A DNA stretch of 64,000 nt from Pseudomonadota bacterium (GTDB lineage: Bacteria; Pseudomonadota; Gammaproteobacteria; Steroidobacterales; Steroidobacteraceae), in the NCBI GenBank assembly GCA_021779535.1, contig JAJYAM010000001.1, forward strand, positions 12,595 to 76,594, written 5' to 3'. Of this stretch, positions 50,005 to 62,466 are shown one piece after another (the stretch's first letter is position 1; each line of letters opens with the position of its first letter). The position numbers and the translations under genes are program-made. A model generated the notes under the pieces. That model did no database searches. It was not told the origin of the DNA and saw only the letters and a program-made list of their open reading frames with translations.

Positions 50005-50643
50005 TCAGGGTTGGCTGCGCTTGCTGTCGAGCCAGGCGCAGATCGGTTCCCATTGCCGCCAGTCCGGCCAGGCGAGGTACTCGGGCAATTCCAGGACGCC
50101 CATTCCGCGCGAGTAGGCACGCACGTAGTTCTGCGCCTCGCGCAGCGCGCCGAGGTACGGCACCTTCAGGTGCTTGAGGTAACGCTCGAGTTCCTCGTAG
50201 ATCAGCGTGTATTCGCGGACCCGGTTCGCGACCACCGCGAGACGCGCCTGCTTGCGCGAGACCTTGCCGATCTCCTGCAATTCGGCCATGAAGTGTCCGC
50301 AGGCCTTGATGTCGATCGTCGAAGGCAGGACCGGGACCAGGATCGTCTCGGCGCGTCGGACGAGTTCGTTGAGCTCCGTGCCGTGCACTCGCGCCGGAGC
50401 GTCGATCACCAGCACTTCCGTGTTGCGGGGAACGTTGCGTATGCCTTCCTCGTAGGCCGGTACGCCGGTGATCGCGGGCAGATCGTGCGGGCGCGTCGCG
50501 AGCCAATCGAGGCTCGAGCGCTGCGGGTCGTAATCGGCGATGCAGGTCTCGTGTCCGTCGCGCGCGAAGAACACCGCGAGGTTCGTCGCGATCGTGCTCT
50601 TGCCGCAACCGCCTTTCGCGTTCAGGACCATGATGTGGCGCAT
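50005..50643 (-). CDS. orphan ParA/MinD-family ATPase
   Basis: 212 aa. Deviant Walker A LNAKGGCGKST and a Walker B-like VLVIDAP. No ParB or centromere-like repeats are nearby. Confidence 0.85.
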   Translation of the reverse strand: MRHIMVLNAKGGCGKSTIATNLAVFFARDGHETCIADYDPQRSSLDWLATRPHDLPAITGVPAYEEGIRNVPRNTEVLVIDAPARVHGTELNELVRRAETILVPVLPSTIDIKACGHFMAELQEIGKVSRKQARLAVVANRVREYTLIYEELERYLKHLKVPYLGALREAQNYVRAYSRGMGVLELPEYLAWPDWRQWEPICAWLDSKRSQP

Positions 50644-50763
50644 GCGCTTCCCGCCTCCACTGTTCCGTGGCCATTCCCGGCCGAGGCAAGGCTAAGTCGG
50701 GGGCTCCGATTCCGCAAGCCCTCGCGCTCGCGTCCCGGGGAGCGCATCGGCTATCCTCGGTGG

Positions 50764-51600
50764 ATGCGCCTCGACTTCTGGAAGATGCAAGGACTCGGCA
50801 ACGATTTCCTGGTCTTCGATGCGCCCGCCGGCTTTCGCGGGCGGGCGATCGACGCGGCGCTGTTGCGTCGTCTCGCGCACCGCCACACCGGGATCGGCTT
50901 CGACCAGGCGCTGATGCTCGAGCCGCCGCGCGACCCGGCGACGCGCGGCTACTATCGGATCTTCAACGCCGACGGCGGCGAGGTCGAACAGTGCGGCAAC
51001 GGCGCGCGCTGCGTCGCGGCCTTGCTGTACGCGCGCGATCCGGCGCGGGGCCGCGAGTTCGCGCTCGGGAGCCCGGGGGGCACGGTCCGCGCGCGAATCG
51101 GCGATGACGGTCGCGTGTCGGTCGAGATCGGCGTGCCGGATTTCGACCCGCGGTCCCTGCCGATGCAGGCGCCGTGCGCAGCGCCGTCGTATCCGATCCG
51201 CATCGGCGATCTCGAGGTCCGCGTCGGCGCCGTGTCGGTCGGCAATCCGCACGCCGTCGTCTACGTCGAGGACGTCGAGTCCGCGCCGGTCGCCACGCTC
51301 GGACCCGCGATCGAGGGGCACCCGGCGTTCCCGCGGCGAGTGAACGTCGGCTTTCTGCAAATCCACGACCGAGGTCACGTCTCGCTGCGGGTGTTCGAAC
51401 GCGGCGCCGGCGAGACTCTCGCCTGCGGAACCGGCGCCTGCGCCGCGGTCGCGGTCGCCCGCCGGCACGACCGCCTCGACGCCGACGTCGACGTGGATCT
51501 GCGCGGCGGACGCGCCCACGTGCGCTGGCCGGGCGAGGGCGAGACCGCCTGGCTCACGGGACCCGCAATTGTCGTTTTCACCGGTTCGATCGAGATATGA
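50764..51600 (+). CDS. dapF: diaminopimelate epimerase
   Basis: FWKMQGLGNDFLV, QCGNGARC, ETLACGTGACA. Confidence 0.95.
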   Translation: MRLDFWKMQGLGNDFLVFDAPAGFRGRAIDAALLRRLAHRHTGIGFDQALMLEPPRDPATRGYYRIFNADGGEVEQCGNGARCVAALLYARDPARGREFALGSPGGTVRARIGDDGRVSVEIGVPDFDPRSLPMQAPCAAPSYPIRIGDLEVRVGAVSVGNPHAVVYVEDVESAPVATLGPAIEGHPAFPRRVNVGFLQIHDRGHVSLRVFERGAGETLACGTGACAAVAVARRHDRLDADVDVDLRGGRAHVRWPGEGETAWLTGPAIVVFTGSIEI

Positions 51601-51667
51601 TGCGGCTTTCCACCGGGAGCGAGCACCGATGACGACCCATTCCGTGCGCGGAGTGAAGGAAGACGCG

Positions 51668-52336
51668 ATGACCGACGACCGGGTCGCGGATTACCTGCAG
51701 ACGAACCCCGATTTCTTCGAACGCAACGCGGCACTGCTCGCGAAGCTGCGGCTGCCGCACCTGCGGGATCGGACCGCGACGGTGAGCCTGGTCGAACGCC
51801 AGGTCGAGGTGCTGCGTGAGCGCAATCAGGCGCTCGAACGGCGACTGAAGGAGCTCGTCGACGTCGCGCGCGCGAACGACGCGCTCGCCGATCGGATCCA
51901 CCGGCTCGCGCAGCGCCTGATCCGCGCCGGCGACCTGCCGGCGACCGTCGCGGCGATCGAGACGTCGATGCGCGAGGACTTCGAGGCGATGCACTCGGTG
52001 CTGGTGCTGTTCCTGCCGGCGGGGAACGCGCTCGAGAGCGCCGGGCTGCGCTTCCTGCGCATCACCGAGCCGGCCGACGCGAACATGAAGTCCTTCGAGT
52101 CGCTGCTCGCGTCGGGCAAGCCGCGATGCGGCCAGATCCGCGATTCGCAGCGTGACTATCTGTTCGGCGCCGACACCGTCGAGATCGGGTCGGTCGCGCT
52201 GACCCCGCTCGGACCGAAGGGAAACCTCGGGCTGCTCGCGATCGGGGCGAGCGACGCGGAACGGTTCCACCCGGCGATGAGCACCGATTTCCTGATCCGG
52301 ATCGGTGACTTGATCGCGCACGCGCTGACGCGCTGA
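51668..52336 (+). CDS. DUF484 (YigA) family protein
   Basis: VADYLQTNPDFFERNAALL, a coiled coil, and a GAF-like C-terminus. Conserved dapF-yigA-xerC position. An alternative start is at 51629. Confidence 0.8.
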   Translation: MTDDRVADYLQTNPDFFERNAALLAKLRLPHLRDRTATVSLVERQVEVLRERNQALERRLKELVDVARANDALADRIHRLAQRLIRAGDLPATVAAIETSMREDFEAMHSVLVLFLPAGNALESAGLRFLRITEPADANMKSFESLLASGKPRCGQIRDSQRDYLFGADTVEIGSVALTPLGPKGNLGLLAIGASDAERFHPAMSTDFLIRIGDLIAHALTR

Positions 52337-52365
52337 GCCGCGCCGAGCCGCGGCGGGAGCGCGCC

Positions 52366-53265
52366 CTGAACGCCGCGCTGCACGACTGGATCGGGCGCTT
52401 CTGCGCGCACCTGCGCCTGGAACGGCGCATGAGCCCGCACACCGCGGCCGCCTACCGGCGCGACCTGGAAGCGCTCGCCGGGCATCTCGAGCGGCGCGGA
52501 TCCACGGATTGGCGCAAGCTCGACGGGGCCGCGATACGCGCGTTCGCGGCGGCCGAGCACGCCGCGGGCCTGGCGCCGCGCAGCGTGCAACGGCGCTTGT
52601 CCGCGATCCGCAGCTTCTACGGGTATCTGTGCCGCGAAGCCGCGGCCGAAGGCAACCCGGCCGAGGGGGTGCGCGCGCCGCGCGGCGAGAAACGCCTGCC
52701 CTCGACCCTCGACGTCGATCAGATGGCACGGCTCCTGTCGTTCCGCGCGGACGACCGCTTGTCGGCGCGCGACAAGGCGATCATGGAGCTCCTGTACTCC
52801 TCGGGTCTGCGGCTCGCGGAGCTCGCCGGCCTGAACCGCCGGGACGTCGATCTCGCCGACGCAACCGTCCGCGTGCTCGGCAAGGGCGCCAAGACGCGCA
52901 TCGTCCCGGTCGGTCGCGCCGCCCGCGCCGCGCTCGCGGCCTGGTTCGGCGAGCACCCGGGCGGCGCCGGGCAGGCGCTGTTCCTCAGCCGCGACGGGCG
53001 CCGGCTCTCGCCGCGCGCGATCCAGCAGCGGGTCGCGCTCTGGGCGCGACGGCAAGGCATCGCCGTGCGCGTGCATCCGCACCTGTTCCGGCACTCGTTC
53101 GCGACGCACCTGCTCGAATCGAGCGCGGACCTGCGCGGCGTGCAAGAGCTCCTCGGCCATGCGAACATCGGTACGACGCAGATCTACACGCATCTCGACT
53201 TCCAGCATCTCGCGAACGTGTACGACGCCGCGCATCCGCGCGCACGGCGACGCACGCGGCCTTGA
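52366..53265 (+). CDS. xerC: tyrosine recombinase XerC (start codon uncertain)
   Basis: [44 protein letters not shown]-terminal homology ([19 protein letters not shown]) extends upstream of the first ATG at 52429, and no ATG/GTG/TTG is in frame there. CTG at 52366 is a placeholder. Confidence 0.85.
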   Translation: MNAALHDWIGRFCAHLRLERRMSPHTAAAYRRDLEALAGHLERRGSTDWRKLDGAAIRAFAAAEHAAGLAPRSVQRRLSAIRSFYGYLCREAAAEGNPAEGVRAPRGEKRLPSTLDVDQMARLLSFRADDRLSARDKAIMELLYSSGLRLAELAGLNRRDVDLADATVRVLGKGAKTRIVPVGRAARAALAAWFGEHPGGAGQALFLSRDGRRLSPRAIQQRVALWARRQGIAVRVHPHLFRHSFATHLLESSADLRGVQELLGHANIGTTQIYTHLDFQHLANVYDAAHPRARRRTRP

Positions 53266-53286
53266 AATCCGCCGTTTCGCCCTCAT
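53261..53286 (+). promoter_or_regulatory. sigma-32 heat-shock promoter CTTGAAA-N13-CCTCAT upstream of hslVU
   Basis: It matches CTTGAAA-N13/15-CCCCATnT with one -10 mismatch. It overlaps the xerC stop codon and ends 35 nt upstream of the hslV ATG. Confidence 0.55.
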
Positions 53287-53320
53287 CGAGCCTGATTCTC
53301 GGCCGACCGAGCCCGCCAAC

Positions 53321-53881
53321 ATGAACCTAGACGACCCTTTCCAGCACCGCCCCGGCGCGATGCTCGGCACGACGATCCTCGCGGTACGGCGCGGCGGGCA
53401 CGTCGCGCTCGGCGGCGACGGCCAGGTGACCCTCGGCCAGACCGTGATCAAGAGCAATGCGCGCAAGGTGCGCCGCCTCTACGACGGCAAGGTGCTCGCG
53501 GGATTCGCCGGCGGCACCGCCGATGCGTTCACGCTGTTCGAGCGCTTCGAAGGCAAGCTGGAGAAATACGGCAACCTCACCCGGGCGGCGATCGAGCTCG
53601 CGAAGGACTGGCGCACCGACCGCAGCTTGCGCCGGCTCGAAGCGCTGCTGTGCGTCGCCGACGCGGAACGTACGTACATGATCTCGGGAACCGGCGACGT
53701 GCTCGAGCCCGAGCACGACCTGATCGCGATCGGTTCGGGCGGCGCGTTCGCGCAAGCCGCGGCGCTCGCGTTGCTGCGTTCGACCGAGCTCGGCGCCCGC
53801 GAGATCGTCGAGCGTGCGCTCGGCATCGCCGCCGAGATTTGCATCTACACGAACCGGCATTTGACGATCGAGGAGCTCTAG
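53321..53881 (+). CDS. hslV: ATP-dependent protease subunit HslV
   Basis: [39 protein letters not shown] short propeptide precedes the catalytic Thr. An alternative start is at 53360. Confidence 0.9.
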   Translation: MNLDDPFQHRPGAMLGTTILAVRRGGHVALGGDGQVTLGQTVIKSNARKVRRLYDGKVLAGFAGGTADAFTLFERFEGKLEKYGNLTRAAIELAKDWRTDRSLRRLEALLCVADAERTYMISGTGDVLEPEHDLIAIGSGGAFAQAAALALLRSTELGAREIVERALGIAAEICIYTNRHLTIEEL

Positions 53882-53886
53882 CGCCG

Positions 53887-55215
53887 ATGTCGCAAATGAC
53901 CCCGCGCGAGATCGTCGAGGAACTCGACAAGCACATCGTCGGCCAGCACGACGCGAAGCGCGCGGTCGCGATCGCGCTGCGCAATCGCTGGCGGCGCAGC
54001 CGCGTCGACCCGGCGCTGCGCGCCGAAATCACCCCGAAGAACATCCTGATGATCGGCCCGACCGGCGTCGGCAAGACCGAGATCGCGCGGCGCCTCGCGA
54101 AGCTCGCGCAGGCACCGTTCGTGAAGGTCGAGGCGACGAAGTTCACCGAAGTGGGCTATGTGGGTCGCGAAGTCGACTCGATCGTCCGCGATCTGGTCGA
54201 GATCTCGGTCAAGACCACTCGCGAGCAGGAAGTCGAGCGGGTGCGCTACCGCGCCGCCGACGCCGCCGAGGAGCGGCTGCTCGACGCGCTGTTGCCGAGC
54301 TCACGAACGGACGGATCGGCCGATTCCTCGCCGCGCGATCCGGAGACCCGGCAACGGTTGCGCAAGATGCTGCGCGAGCATGCGCTCGACGACCGGGAGA
54401 TCGAGATCGAGGTGCGCGCGCCGACCACGGGCGTCGAGATCATGGCGCCGCCGGGGATGGAGGAGATGACGCAGCAGCTGCAATCGATGTTCCAGAGCCT
54501 CGGCGGCGGGCGCCCCCGTCAACGCAAGCTGAAGATCCCGGAGGCGCTGAAACTCCTCACCGAGGAAGAAGCGGGCAAGATGATCGACGAGGAGGAGCTG
54601 AAGGCGCGCGCGGTGCAGAGCGCGGAGCAAAACGGGATCGTATTCATCGACGAAATCGACAAGATCGCGCGCCGCCAGGAGACCACCGGTGCGGACGTAT
54701 CCCGCGAAGGCGTCCAGCGCGACCTGCTGCCGCTCGTCGAGGGCTGCACCGTGAACACCAAGTACGGCGCGGTGAAGACCGATCACGTGCTGTTCATCGC
54801 GTCCGGCGCGTTTCACATGTCGAAGCCCTCCGACCTGATCCCGGAACTGCAGGGCCGGCTGCCGATCCGCGTCGAGCTGCGATCGCTGTCGGTCGAGGAC
54901 TTCGTGCGGATCCTGACCGAACCGGACGCGTCCTTGTGCCGCCAGTACGCCGCCCTGCTCGCGACGGAAGGCGTCGCGCTGGAGTTCGACGCCGCCGGCG
55001 TGCGCCGCCTCGCCGAGGTCGCGTTCGAGGTCAACGAACGAACCGAGAACATCGGCGCGCGCCGCCTGCACACCGTGATGGAGCGCCTGCTCGAGTCGGT
55101 GTCGTTCGAGGCCGCCGATCGCGGCGGCACGCGGGTCGTCGTCGACCAGGACTACGTCGAGCGGCATCTCGGCGAGCTCGCCCGCGACGAGGATCTATCG
55201 AGGTACATCCTGTGA
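53887..55215 (+). CDS. hslU: ATP-dependent protease ATPase subunit HslU
   Basis: [43 protein letters not shown]. Confidence 0.95.
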   Translation: MSQMTPREIVEELDKHIVGQHDAKRAVAIALRNRWRRSRVDPALRAEITPKNILMIGPTGVGKTEIARRLAKLAQAPFVKVEATKFTEVGYVGREVDSIVRDLVEISVKTTREQEVERVRYRAADAAEERLLDALLPSSRTDGSADSSPRDPETRQRLRKMLREHALDDREIEIEVRAPTTGVEIMAPPGMEEMTQQLQSMFQSLGGGRPRQRKLKIPEALKLLTEEEAGKMIDEEELKARAVQSAEQNGIVFIDEIDKIARRQETTGADVSREGVQRDLLPLVEGCTVNTKYGAVKTDHVLFIASGAFHMSKPSDLIPELQGRLPIRVELRSLSVEDFVRILTEPDASLCRQYAALLATEGVALEFDAAGVRRLAEVAFEVNERTENIGARRLHTVMERLLESVSFEAADRGGTRVVVDQDYVERHLGELARDEDLSRYIL

Positions 55216-55574
55216 ACAAGACGCCCACCCCGACCGAGATCAAGCTGCGCACCGCGTCGCGCATTCTCGAGATCGCATTCGACGACGGCGCGCACTTCGA
55301 GCTCCCGTTCGAGTACCTGCGCGTGTTCTCACCGTCCGCCGAGGTCAAGGGCCACGGCGGTGGCGAAGGGGTGCTCGTGACCGACAAGGAAGCGGTCGGG
55401 ATCCGCGGCGTGCACCCGATCGGCCAGTACGCGCTGCGCCTCGACTTCGACGATGGTCACGATACCGGCCTGTATAGCTGGAGCCTGCTGTACGACCTCG
55501 GGCGCAACCGCGCCGCCAACTGGTCGCGCTACCTGGAGCGCTGCGCCGCGGCGGGGCGGCCGCGGCGGGTCTGA
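55212..55574 (+). CDS. DUF971 family protein
   Basis: 120 aa. GTGA overlap with the hslU stop. [28 protein letters not shown]. Confidence 0.75.
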   Translation: MNKTPTPTEIKLRTASRILEIAFDDGAHFELPFEYLRVFSPSAEVKGHGGGEGVLVTDKEAVGIRGVHPIGQYALRLDFDDGHDTGLYSWSLLYDLGRNRAANWSRYLERCAAAGRPRRV

Positions 55575-55628
55575 TTCCGCGGCCGAAACGGCTACAATGG
55601 CGCGATTTCGGCGGGCGGTGAACGCGAG

Positions 55629-56381
55629 ATGAACGAACCACGACGAACGGTCGATTTCGGCTTCGAGACGGTCGACTGGGCGGAGAAGGCCCGCCGCGTC
55701 CGGTCGGTATTCGAGAACGTCGCCGGCAAGTACGACTTGATGAACGACCTGATGTCGTTCGGAGTGCATCGGCTCTGGAAGCGCTTCACGCTCGCGGTCG
55801 CCGGCTTGCGTCCCGGCCAGACCGCGCTCGACGTCGCCGGCGGCACCGGCGACCTCACGATCGGCCTCGCGCGCCAGGTCGGCAAGGGCGGACGCGTGAT
55901 CCTCTCCGACATCAACGCGGCGATGCTGCTGCGCGGCCGCGACCGGATACACGACCACGGGATCGCCGGAAACGTCGATTGCGTCGTCGCGAACGCCGAG
56001 GCATTGCCGTTCGCCGACGGCGCTTTCGATTGCGTGACGATCGGCTTCGGGCTGCGCAACGTCACCGACAAGGCGGCCGCGCTCGCGTCGATGCACCGGG
56101 TCCTGAAGGTCGGGGGACAGCTCCTGGTGCTCGAATTCTCGAAGCCGACGCTCCCGGCGCTCGGCAAGGTGTACGACCTGTACTCGTTCAACGTGCTGCC
56201 CGCGCTCGGCGCCGTCGTCGCGCACGACGCGCCGAGCTACCGGTACCTCGCGGAATCGATCCGGATGCATCCGGATCAGGAAACCCTGCTGGAGATGATG
56301 CGGACCGCCGGATTCGTTCACGCCCGCTATCACAACCTGAGCGGTGGAATCGTCGCGTTGCACCGCGGCTTCAAGATCTGA
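55629..56381 (+). CDS. ubiE: demethylmenaquinone/ubiquinone C-methyltransferase UbiE
   Basis: [38 protein letters not shown]. Confidence 0.95.
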   Translation: MNEPRRTVDFGFETVDWAEKARRVRSVFENVAGKYDLMNDLMSFGVHRLWKRFTLAVAGLRPGQTALDVAGGTGDLTIGLARQVGKGGRVILSDINAAMLLRGRDRIHDHGIAGNVDCVVANAEALPFADGAFDCVTIGFGLRNVTDKAAALASMHRVLKVGGQLLVLEFSKPTLPALGKVYDLYSFNVLPALGAVVAHDAPSYRYLAESIRMHPDQETLLEMMRTAGFVHARYHNLSGGIVALHRGFKI

Positions 56382-56384
56382 CCG

Positions 56385-57011
56385 ATGCCGGCCACTCCTC
56401 CTTGGCTCGCCGCGCTCGAGAGCGTCCTGAACCGTAACATCGGCGGTCAGGCGCGCGCCGAGCGGCTGGCCCGCCGCCTCGCCGGCAAGTCCCTGCAGGT
56501 CGATCTCGACGGCGTGATCCGGGTGCGCGCGATCTGCCTCGCCGGCCGGCTCGCGTTGTCGACGGGCGACGACGGCGCGGCCGACGCCGTGATCGCCGGG
56601 CCGCCGGGCGCGTTGTTGCGGCTGATCACCGCGGAGCACGACCGCCCCTTGGGCAGCGGATCGCTGCACGTGCGCGGCGACGCCGAGGTCGCCGCGACCT
56701 ACCGGGAACTGCTCGCGCTCGCGCGGCCCGATCCGGAAGAGGAGGCGGCGCGGCTCGTCGGCGACGTCGCCGCGCGCCGCCTCGGCAACGTCGCGCGCGC
56801 GGCCGGAACGTGGCTGTTCCGCGGCGTGCGCAGCTTCGGCGAGAACGTCGCGGAGTACCTCCGGGAAGAGAGCCGCGACGTCGTCGGCAGGCCGGAAGTG
56901 GAGGAGTTCGTGCGCGCGGTGGACGAGTTGCGCGAAGCGACCGACCGCGTCGAGGCGCGGCTCGAGCGACTGCGGCCTCCCGCGCCGCGCCGCGGACCGG
57001 ACGCGGTATGA
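56385..57011 (+). CDS. ubiJ: ubiquinone biosynthesis accessory factor UbiJ (SCP2 domain)
   Basis: 208 aa between ubiE and ubiB. SCP2-like N-terminal half and a coiled-coil C-terminus. Confidence 0.7.
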   Translation: MPATPPWLAALESVLNRNIGGQARAERLARRLAGKSLQVDLDGVIRVRAICLAGRLALSTGDDGAADAVIAGPPGALLRLITAEHDRPLGSGSLHVRGDAEVAATYRELLALARPDPEEEAARLVGDVAARRLGNVARAAGTWLFRGVRSFGENVAEYLREESRDVVGRPEVEEFVRAVDELREATDRVEARLERLRPPAPRRGPDAV

Positions 57012-58669
57012 TCCGCGGCCGGGTGGTCGTTCGGCTCCTCGAGATCCAACGCGCCCTCGTCCGTCATGGACTCGACGAGCTCGTCCGCGCGACCCACCTG
57101 TACCGCCCGTTCCGCTTCGTCGCGTACCTGTCGCCCTGGACGTGGTTCCAGCGCAGCGCCGGCACCACCCGGGGCGAGCGGTTGCGGCTCGCGCTCGAGG
57201 AGCTCGGGCCGATCTTCGTGAAGTTCGGCCAGGCGTTGTCGACGCGCCGCGACCTGCTGCCGCTCGACATCGCCGACGAGCTCGCGCTGCTGCAGGACCG
57301 GGTGCCGCCGTTCGACAGCGCGATCGCCGTCGCGACGATCGAGGCGACGTTCGGGCGCAAGCTCGAAGAGGTCTTCGCCGAGTTCGATCGGACGCCGCTC
57401 GCCGCCGCCTCGATCGCCCAGGTGCACGCGGCGCGGCTGCACGACGGTTCGGAAGTCGTCGTGAAGATCCTGCGTCCGGGGATGCGCGAAACGATCGAGC
57501 GCGACCTCGAGGTGCTCGCGGCGCTCGCGGCGCTCGCCGACCAGTACTGGAGCGAGGCCCGGCGGCTGCGGCCGCGCGAGGTCGTCGAGGAGTACCGCAA
57601 GACGATCCTCGACGAGCTCGATCTGATGCGCGAAGCGGGCAACGCATCGCAGCTGAAGCGCAATTTCCAGGGCTCGAGCCTGCTGTACGTCCCCGAGGTC
57701 TACTGGGACCTGTGCCGGCCGGACGTGATGGTGATGGAGCGGATCCACGGGATCATCGTCAACCGCATCGAGGAGCTCCGGGCGCGCGGAACGAACATCC
57801 CGAAGCTCGCCGAGAACGGCGTCGAGATCTTCTTCACGCAGGTGTTCCGGCACAATTTCTTTCACGCCGACATGCATCCGGGAAACATCTTCGTGCAGGT
57901 GGACGACCCGGACAATCCGCGTTATGCCGCGGTCGACTTCGGGATCGTCGGCACGCTCGAGCCGCGCGACCAGCATTACCTCGCCGAGAACTTCATGGCG
58001 TTCTTCGATCGCGACTACGCGCGCGTCGCGGCGCTGCACGTCGAATCCGGCTGGGTGCCGAGCGGCACGCGGGTCAGCGAGCTCGAGTCGGCGGTGCGCA
58101 CGGTCTGCGAGCCGATCTTCAACAAGCCGCTGAAGGACATCTCGTTCGCGCAGGTGTTGCTGCGCCTGTTCGAGACCGCGCGGCGCTTCGACATGCGGAT
58201 CCAGCCTCAGCTGATCCTGCTGCAGAAGACCTTGCTCAACATCGAGGGGCTCGGTCGCCAGCTGTATCCGGAGCTCGACCTGTGGAAGACCGCGCAACCG
58301 ATCCTGCGCGCGTGGATGCGGGATCGGGTGAGTCCGCGAACGCTGCTCCGCGCGATGCGCGCGCAACTCCCCGATGCGATCGAAACCCTGAAGCAGGTCC
58401 CGAAGATCGTGAAGACCGGGATTCGCGCCGCGGCCGACGACGGCTTCCGCTGGCCGGTCCAGAGCGCCGAGATCGCCGAGCTGCGCGAGGAACTGCGCCG
58501 GCTCGAATCCCGCCGGGACACCGCGATCCTCGGCGGCGTGCTCTGGCTCGCGGGTCTGATCTGGCTCGCGGCGGGCGCGCCGGTCCCGGCGGTCGGCTGG
58601 GGACAGCTGCTCGCCGGCGCCGCGATCTTCGCGCGCCTGCGCTGGACCCGGCCCAGGGCCGACGGCTGA
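57008..58669 (+). CDS. ubiB: ubiquinone biosynthesis regulatory kinase-like protein UbiB
   Basis: [39 protein letters not shown], and two C-terminal TM segments. ATGA overlap with the ubiJ stop. Confidence 0.95.
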   Translation: MIRGRVVVRLLEIQRALVRHGLDELVRATHLYRPFRFVAYLSPWTWFQRSAGTTRGERLRLALEELGPIFVKFGQALSTRRDLLPLDIADELALLQDRVPPFDSAIAVATIEATFGRKLEEVFAEFDRTPLAAASIAQVHAARLHDGSEVVVKILRPGMRETIERDLEVLAALAALADQYWSEARRLRPREVVEEYRKTILDELDLMREAGNASQLKRNFQGSSLLYVPEVYWDLCRPDVMVMERIHGIIVNRIEELRARGTNIPKLAENGVEIFFTQVFRHNFFHADMHPGNIFVQVDDPDNPRYAAVDFGIVGTLEPRDQHYLAENFMAFFDRDYARVAALHVESGWVPSGTRVSELESAVRTVCEPIFNKPLKDISFAQVLLRLFETARRFDMRIQPQLILLQKTLLNIEGLGRQLYPELDLWKTAQPILRAWMRDRVSPRTLLRAMRAQLPDAIETLKQVPKIVKTGIRAAADDGFRWPVQSAEIAELREELRRLESRRDTAILGGVLWLAGLIWLAAGAPVPAVGWGQLLAGAAIFARLRWTRPRADG

Positions 58670-58681
58670 GCGCCGGTTCGT

Positions 58682-58996
58682 TCAGCGCGCAGGCGCGTCG
58701 GCCTCCATCCCGCAGCGCCAGCACGCGGTGAACTGCGGTTCGAGCCGTTCGCCGCAGCGCCGGCAGGTCCACGCCTCGCCCTCGACCGGCCGCTGCGCAC
58801 GCCGCAGCACCCCGAGCGCGCGCGCCTCGTCGATCTCGTCGACCAGCAGCTGCGGCCAGGTCTCGAACATCGGCAGGTCGCCCGCCGCGCCGGCGAGGAA
58901 CTGATTGCGGATCTCGCTCGGGATCCCGGCCGCGGTCAACAGGTTCCGTGCGTGCGCGACATCGGGCAGCGTCGCCGCCCGATACACCCGTTTCAT
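58682..58996 (-). CDS. DUF2007-like protein with C-terminal Zn-ribbon
   Basis: 104 aa. N-terminus like a putative signal-transducing fold. CRRCG..x9..CWRCG. Confidence 0.6.
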   Translation of the reverse strand: MKRVYRAATLPDVAHARNLLTAAGIPSEIRNQFLAGAAGDLPMFETWPQLLVDEIDEARALGVLRRAQRPVEGEAWTCRRCGERLEPQFTACWRCGMEADAPAR

Positions 58997-59030
58997 CGCG
59001 CACGCCGCCGGGCGCGTTCCGCCCGCCGCA

Positions 59031-59800
59031 TCAGCGCAGCGACGCGAGGAACGCGCGCGGGTCTTCGCCGCGCTCGAGCGCCTCGACCAGCGCCGATCCG
59101 ACCACGACGCCGTCGACGTGGCCGGCGAACCGCGCGACCTGTTCCCGCGTGCGGATGCCGAACCCGGCGCACACCGGTACCGGCGCCGCCCGGCGCACCC
59201 GGTCCATGTAAGCGAGCACGTCCGCCGGGACTTCGGCCGACGCGCCGGTGGTCCCCGTCATCGTGACCGCGTACACGAAGCCCCGGGCGTCGGCGCAGAG
59301 GCGCTCGAGCCGCTGCGGCGGCGTCACCGGCGTGACCATTTGCACGAGCGCGAGCCCTTCGCGATCGAGCGCGCCCCGCAGCTCCGCCCGTTCCTCGAAC
59401 GGCAGGTCGGGCACGATGAAACCCGCGACCCCGGCCGCGGCGGCCGCTCGCGGCAACCGCTCGAGCCCGTAGGCGAGCAGCGGATTCAGATAGCTCATCA
59501 ACAGGATCGGCGCACCGCCCGCGGCGGTGACCGCCGCGACCTCGCCGAGGATCCACGGCAGGGTCACGCCGTTCGCGAGCGCGGCGAAGCTCGCCCGCTG
59601 GATCGTCGTGCCATCGGCCATCGGGTCGCTGAACGGCACCCCGACCTCGACGACGTCGGCGGCCGCGGCGACCGCGGCGAGGTCGTCGCGGAACCGGTCC
59701 CGGCTCGGAAAACCGGCCGTCAGGAACCCGACCAACGCGGTCCGACCGCTGCGACGCGCGGCCGCGATCGCGGCGCCGATCGCCTCGTGCGGCGCGATGC

Positions 59801-59804
<4 letters not shown>
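59031..59804 (-). CDS. trpA: tryptophan synthase alpha chain
   Basis: VEVGVPFSDPMADGTTIQ, GFGI. ATGA overlap with the trpB stop. Confidence 0.95.
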
Positions 59805-61020
<1,216 letters not shown>

Positions 61021-61024
<4 letters not shown>

Positions 61025-61623
61025 GGGTCCGTCTCCAGCCGGGACGCCGCCTCGCGCACCGCCCGGACGAATTGCTCGATCTTGTGCGGATCCTTCACGC
61101 CCGGCTCCGATTCGACGCCGCTGCTCACGTCGACACCGAACGGCCGCACCGCGCGGATCGCATCGGCGACGTTGTCCGCGGTCAGGCCGCCCGCGAGGAT
61201 CAGTTCGGTCTGGCGCGCGAGTTCCGCGGCCCGGCCCCAATCGGCGATCTCGCCGATCCCGCTGGTCGGTCCCTCGAACAAGATCCGCGCCGGCATCGGA
61301 TGCGGCGACTGGCGGCCGAAGCGCACGACCGGCAGCAGCTTCACCCCGGGGGCGATCCGCAGCTCGCGCAAGTCCTCGAAATCGGTCTGGAAATAATCCG
61401 GCCGCAGCGTCCGGCAGATCTCGTCCACTTTCATCTGCAGCGGATGTTGCGCGACCGCGAACCGGAGCAGGCCGGGCGGCGCGAGCGCGGCGAGTTGCGC
61501 CGCCTGCCCGGGCGTGACCTGGCGCGGGCTGGGCGCGAATACGAAGCCGATCGCGTCGACGTTCGCGGCCGCGGCCGCGGCGACCGCGTCGGCGCTCGTG
61601 ATTCCACAGATCTTGATCCACAT
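61021..61623 (-). CDS. trpF: phosphoribosylanthranilate isomerase
   Basis: MWIKICGIT, DVSSGVE. ATGA overlap with the trpB start. Confidence 0.9.
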
Positions 61624-61632
61624 GGCGCCAGT

Positions 61633-62466
61633 CTAGCCGTTTTGCACCGGATCGGTTCGCGCGGCACGCAGTACCGAGCGGATCCAGTCCGCCGGATCCG
61701 GGTGAGTCATCAGCGCCGAACCGACGAGCGCGAGCCGATAACCGAGCCGCCGCAGGCGCCGGGCATCCTCCGCGGTCGCCACGCCGCTCTCGGCCACCGC
61801 GGGCGCCGCCGCCGGCAGCGACGAGGCCAGCGCGGCGAAACGCGTCGGCACCACCGCGAGGGTTTGCAGATCCCGGCAGTTCAACCCGACGAGCAGCGTC
61901 CCGCGGCCGGTGCGGTGGCGCACGATCTCGTCCGCGCGCGCGAGCTCCCCGGCATCGAACGCCTCGAGCAGCACGAACAGACCGCAACGCTCGGCGGCGT
62001 CGATCAGCTCCGCGCACTGCGCGGCCGACAGCATCCTGAGGATCAGCAGCACCCCGCCCGCGCCCGCGGCTCGCGCCTCGAGCACCTGGTACGGATCGAC
62101 CAGGAAATCCTTGCGCATCGCCGGGACGCCGAGCGGGCGCAGCGCGGCCGCGACGGCCTCGAGATGCTCGAGCGCGCCATCGAAACGGGTCGGCTCGGTG
62201 AGCACGGAGACCGCGGCGGCGCCCGCGCGCGCGTACTCGCGGGCGCGCGCGAGCCAATCGTCGCCGTCGGCCGCGAGCACGCCGGCGGCCGGCGAGCGGC
62301 GTTTGATCTCCGCGATCACGTCGAAACCCCCGGCCGCGAGCGCGAGCGGCGGCGCCGGCGGCATCGCCGCCATGCGCCGTTCGAGCGCCGCCGCCGGCTC
62401 GGTCGTGCGCGCGGCGTGCACCCGCGCGCGGCTCGCACGCCCCATCGCGTCGAGAAACCCGCTCAT
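61633..62466 (-). CDS. trpC: indole-3-glycerol-phosphate synthase
   Basis: IAEIKRRSP, VLTEPTRFDG, MRKDFLVDPYQ, ESG. Confidence 0.9.
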   Translation of the reverse strand: MSGFLDAMGRASRARVHAARTTEPAAALERRMAAMPPAPPLALAAGGFDVIAEIKRRSPAAGVLAADGDDWLARAREYARAGAAAVSVLTEPTRFDGALEHLEAVAAALRPLGVPAMRKDFLVDPYQVLEARAAGAGGVLLILRMLSAAQCAELIDAAERCGLFVLLEAFDAGELARADEIVRHRTGRGTLLVGLNCRDLQTLAVVPTRFAALASSLPAAAPAVAESGVATAEDARRLRRLGYRLALVGSALMTHPDPADWIRSVLRAARTDPVQNG

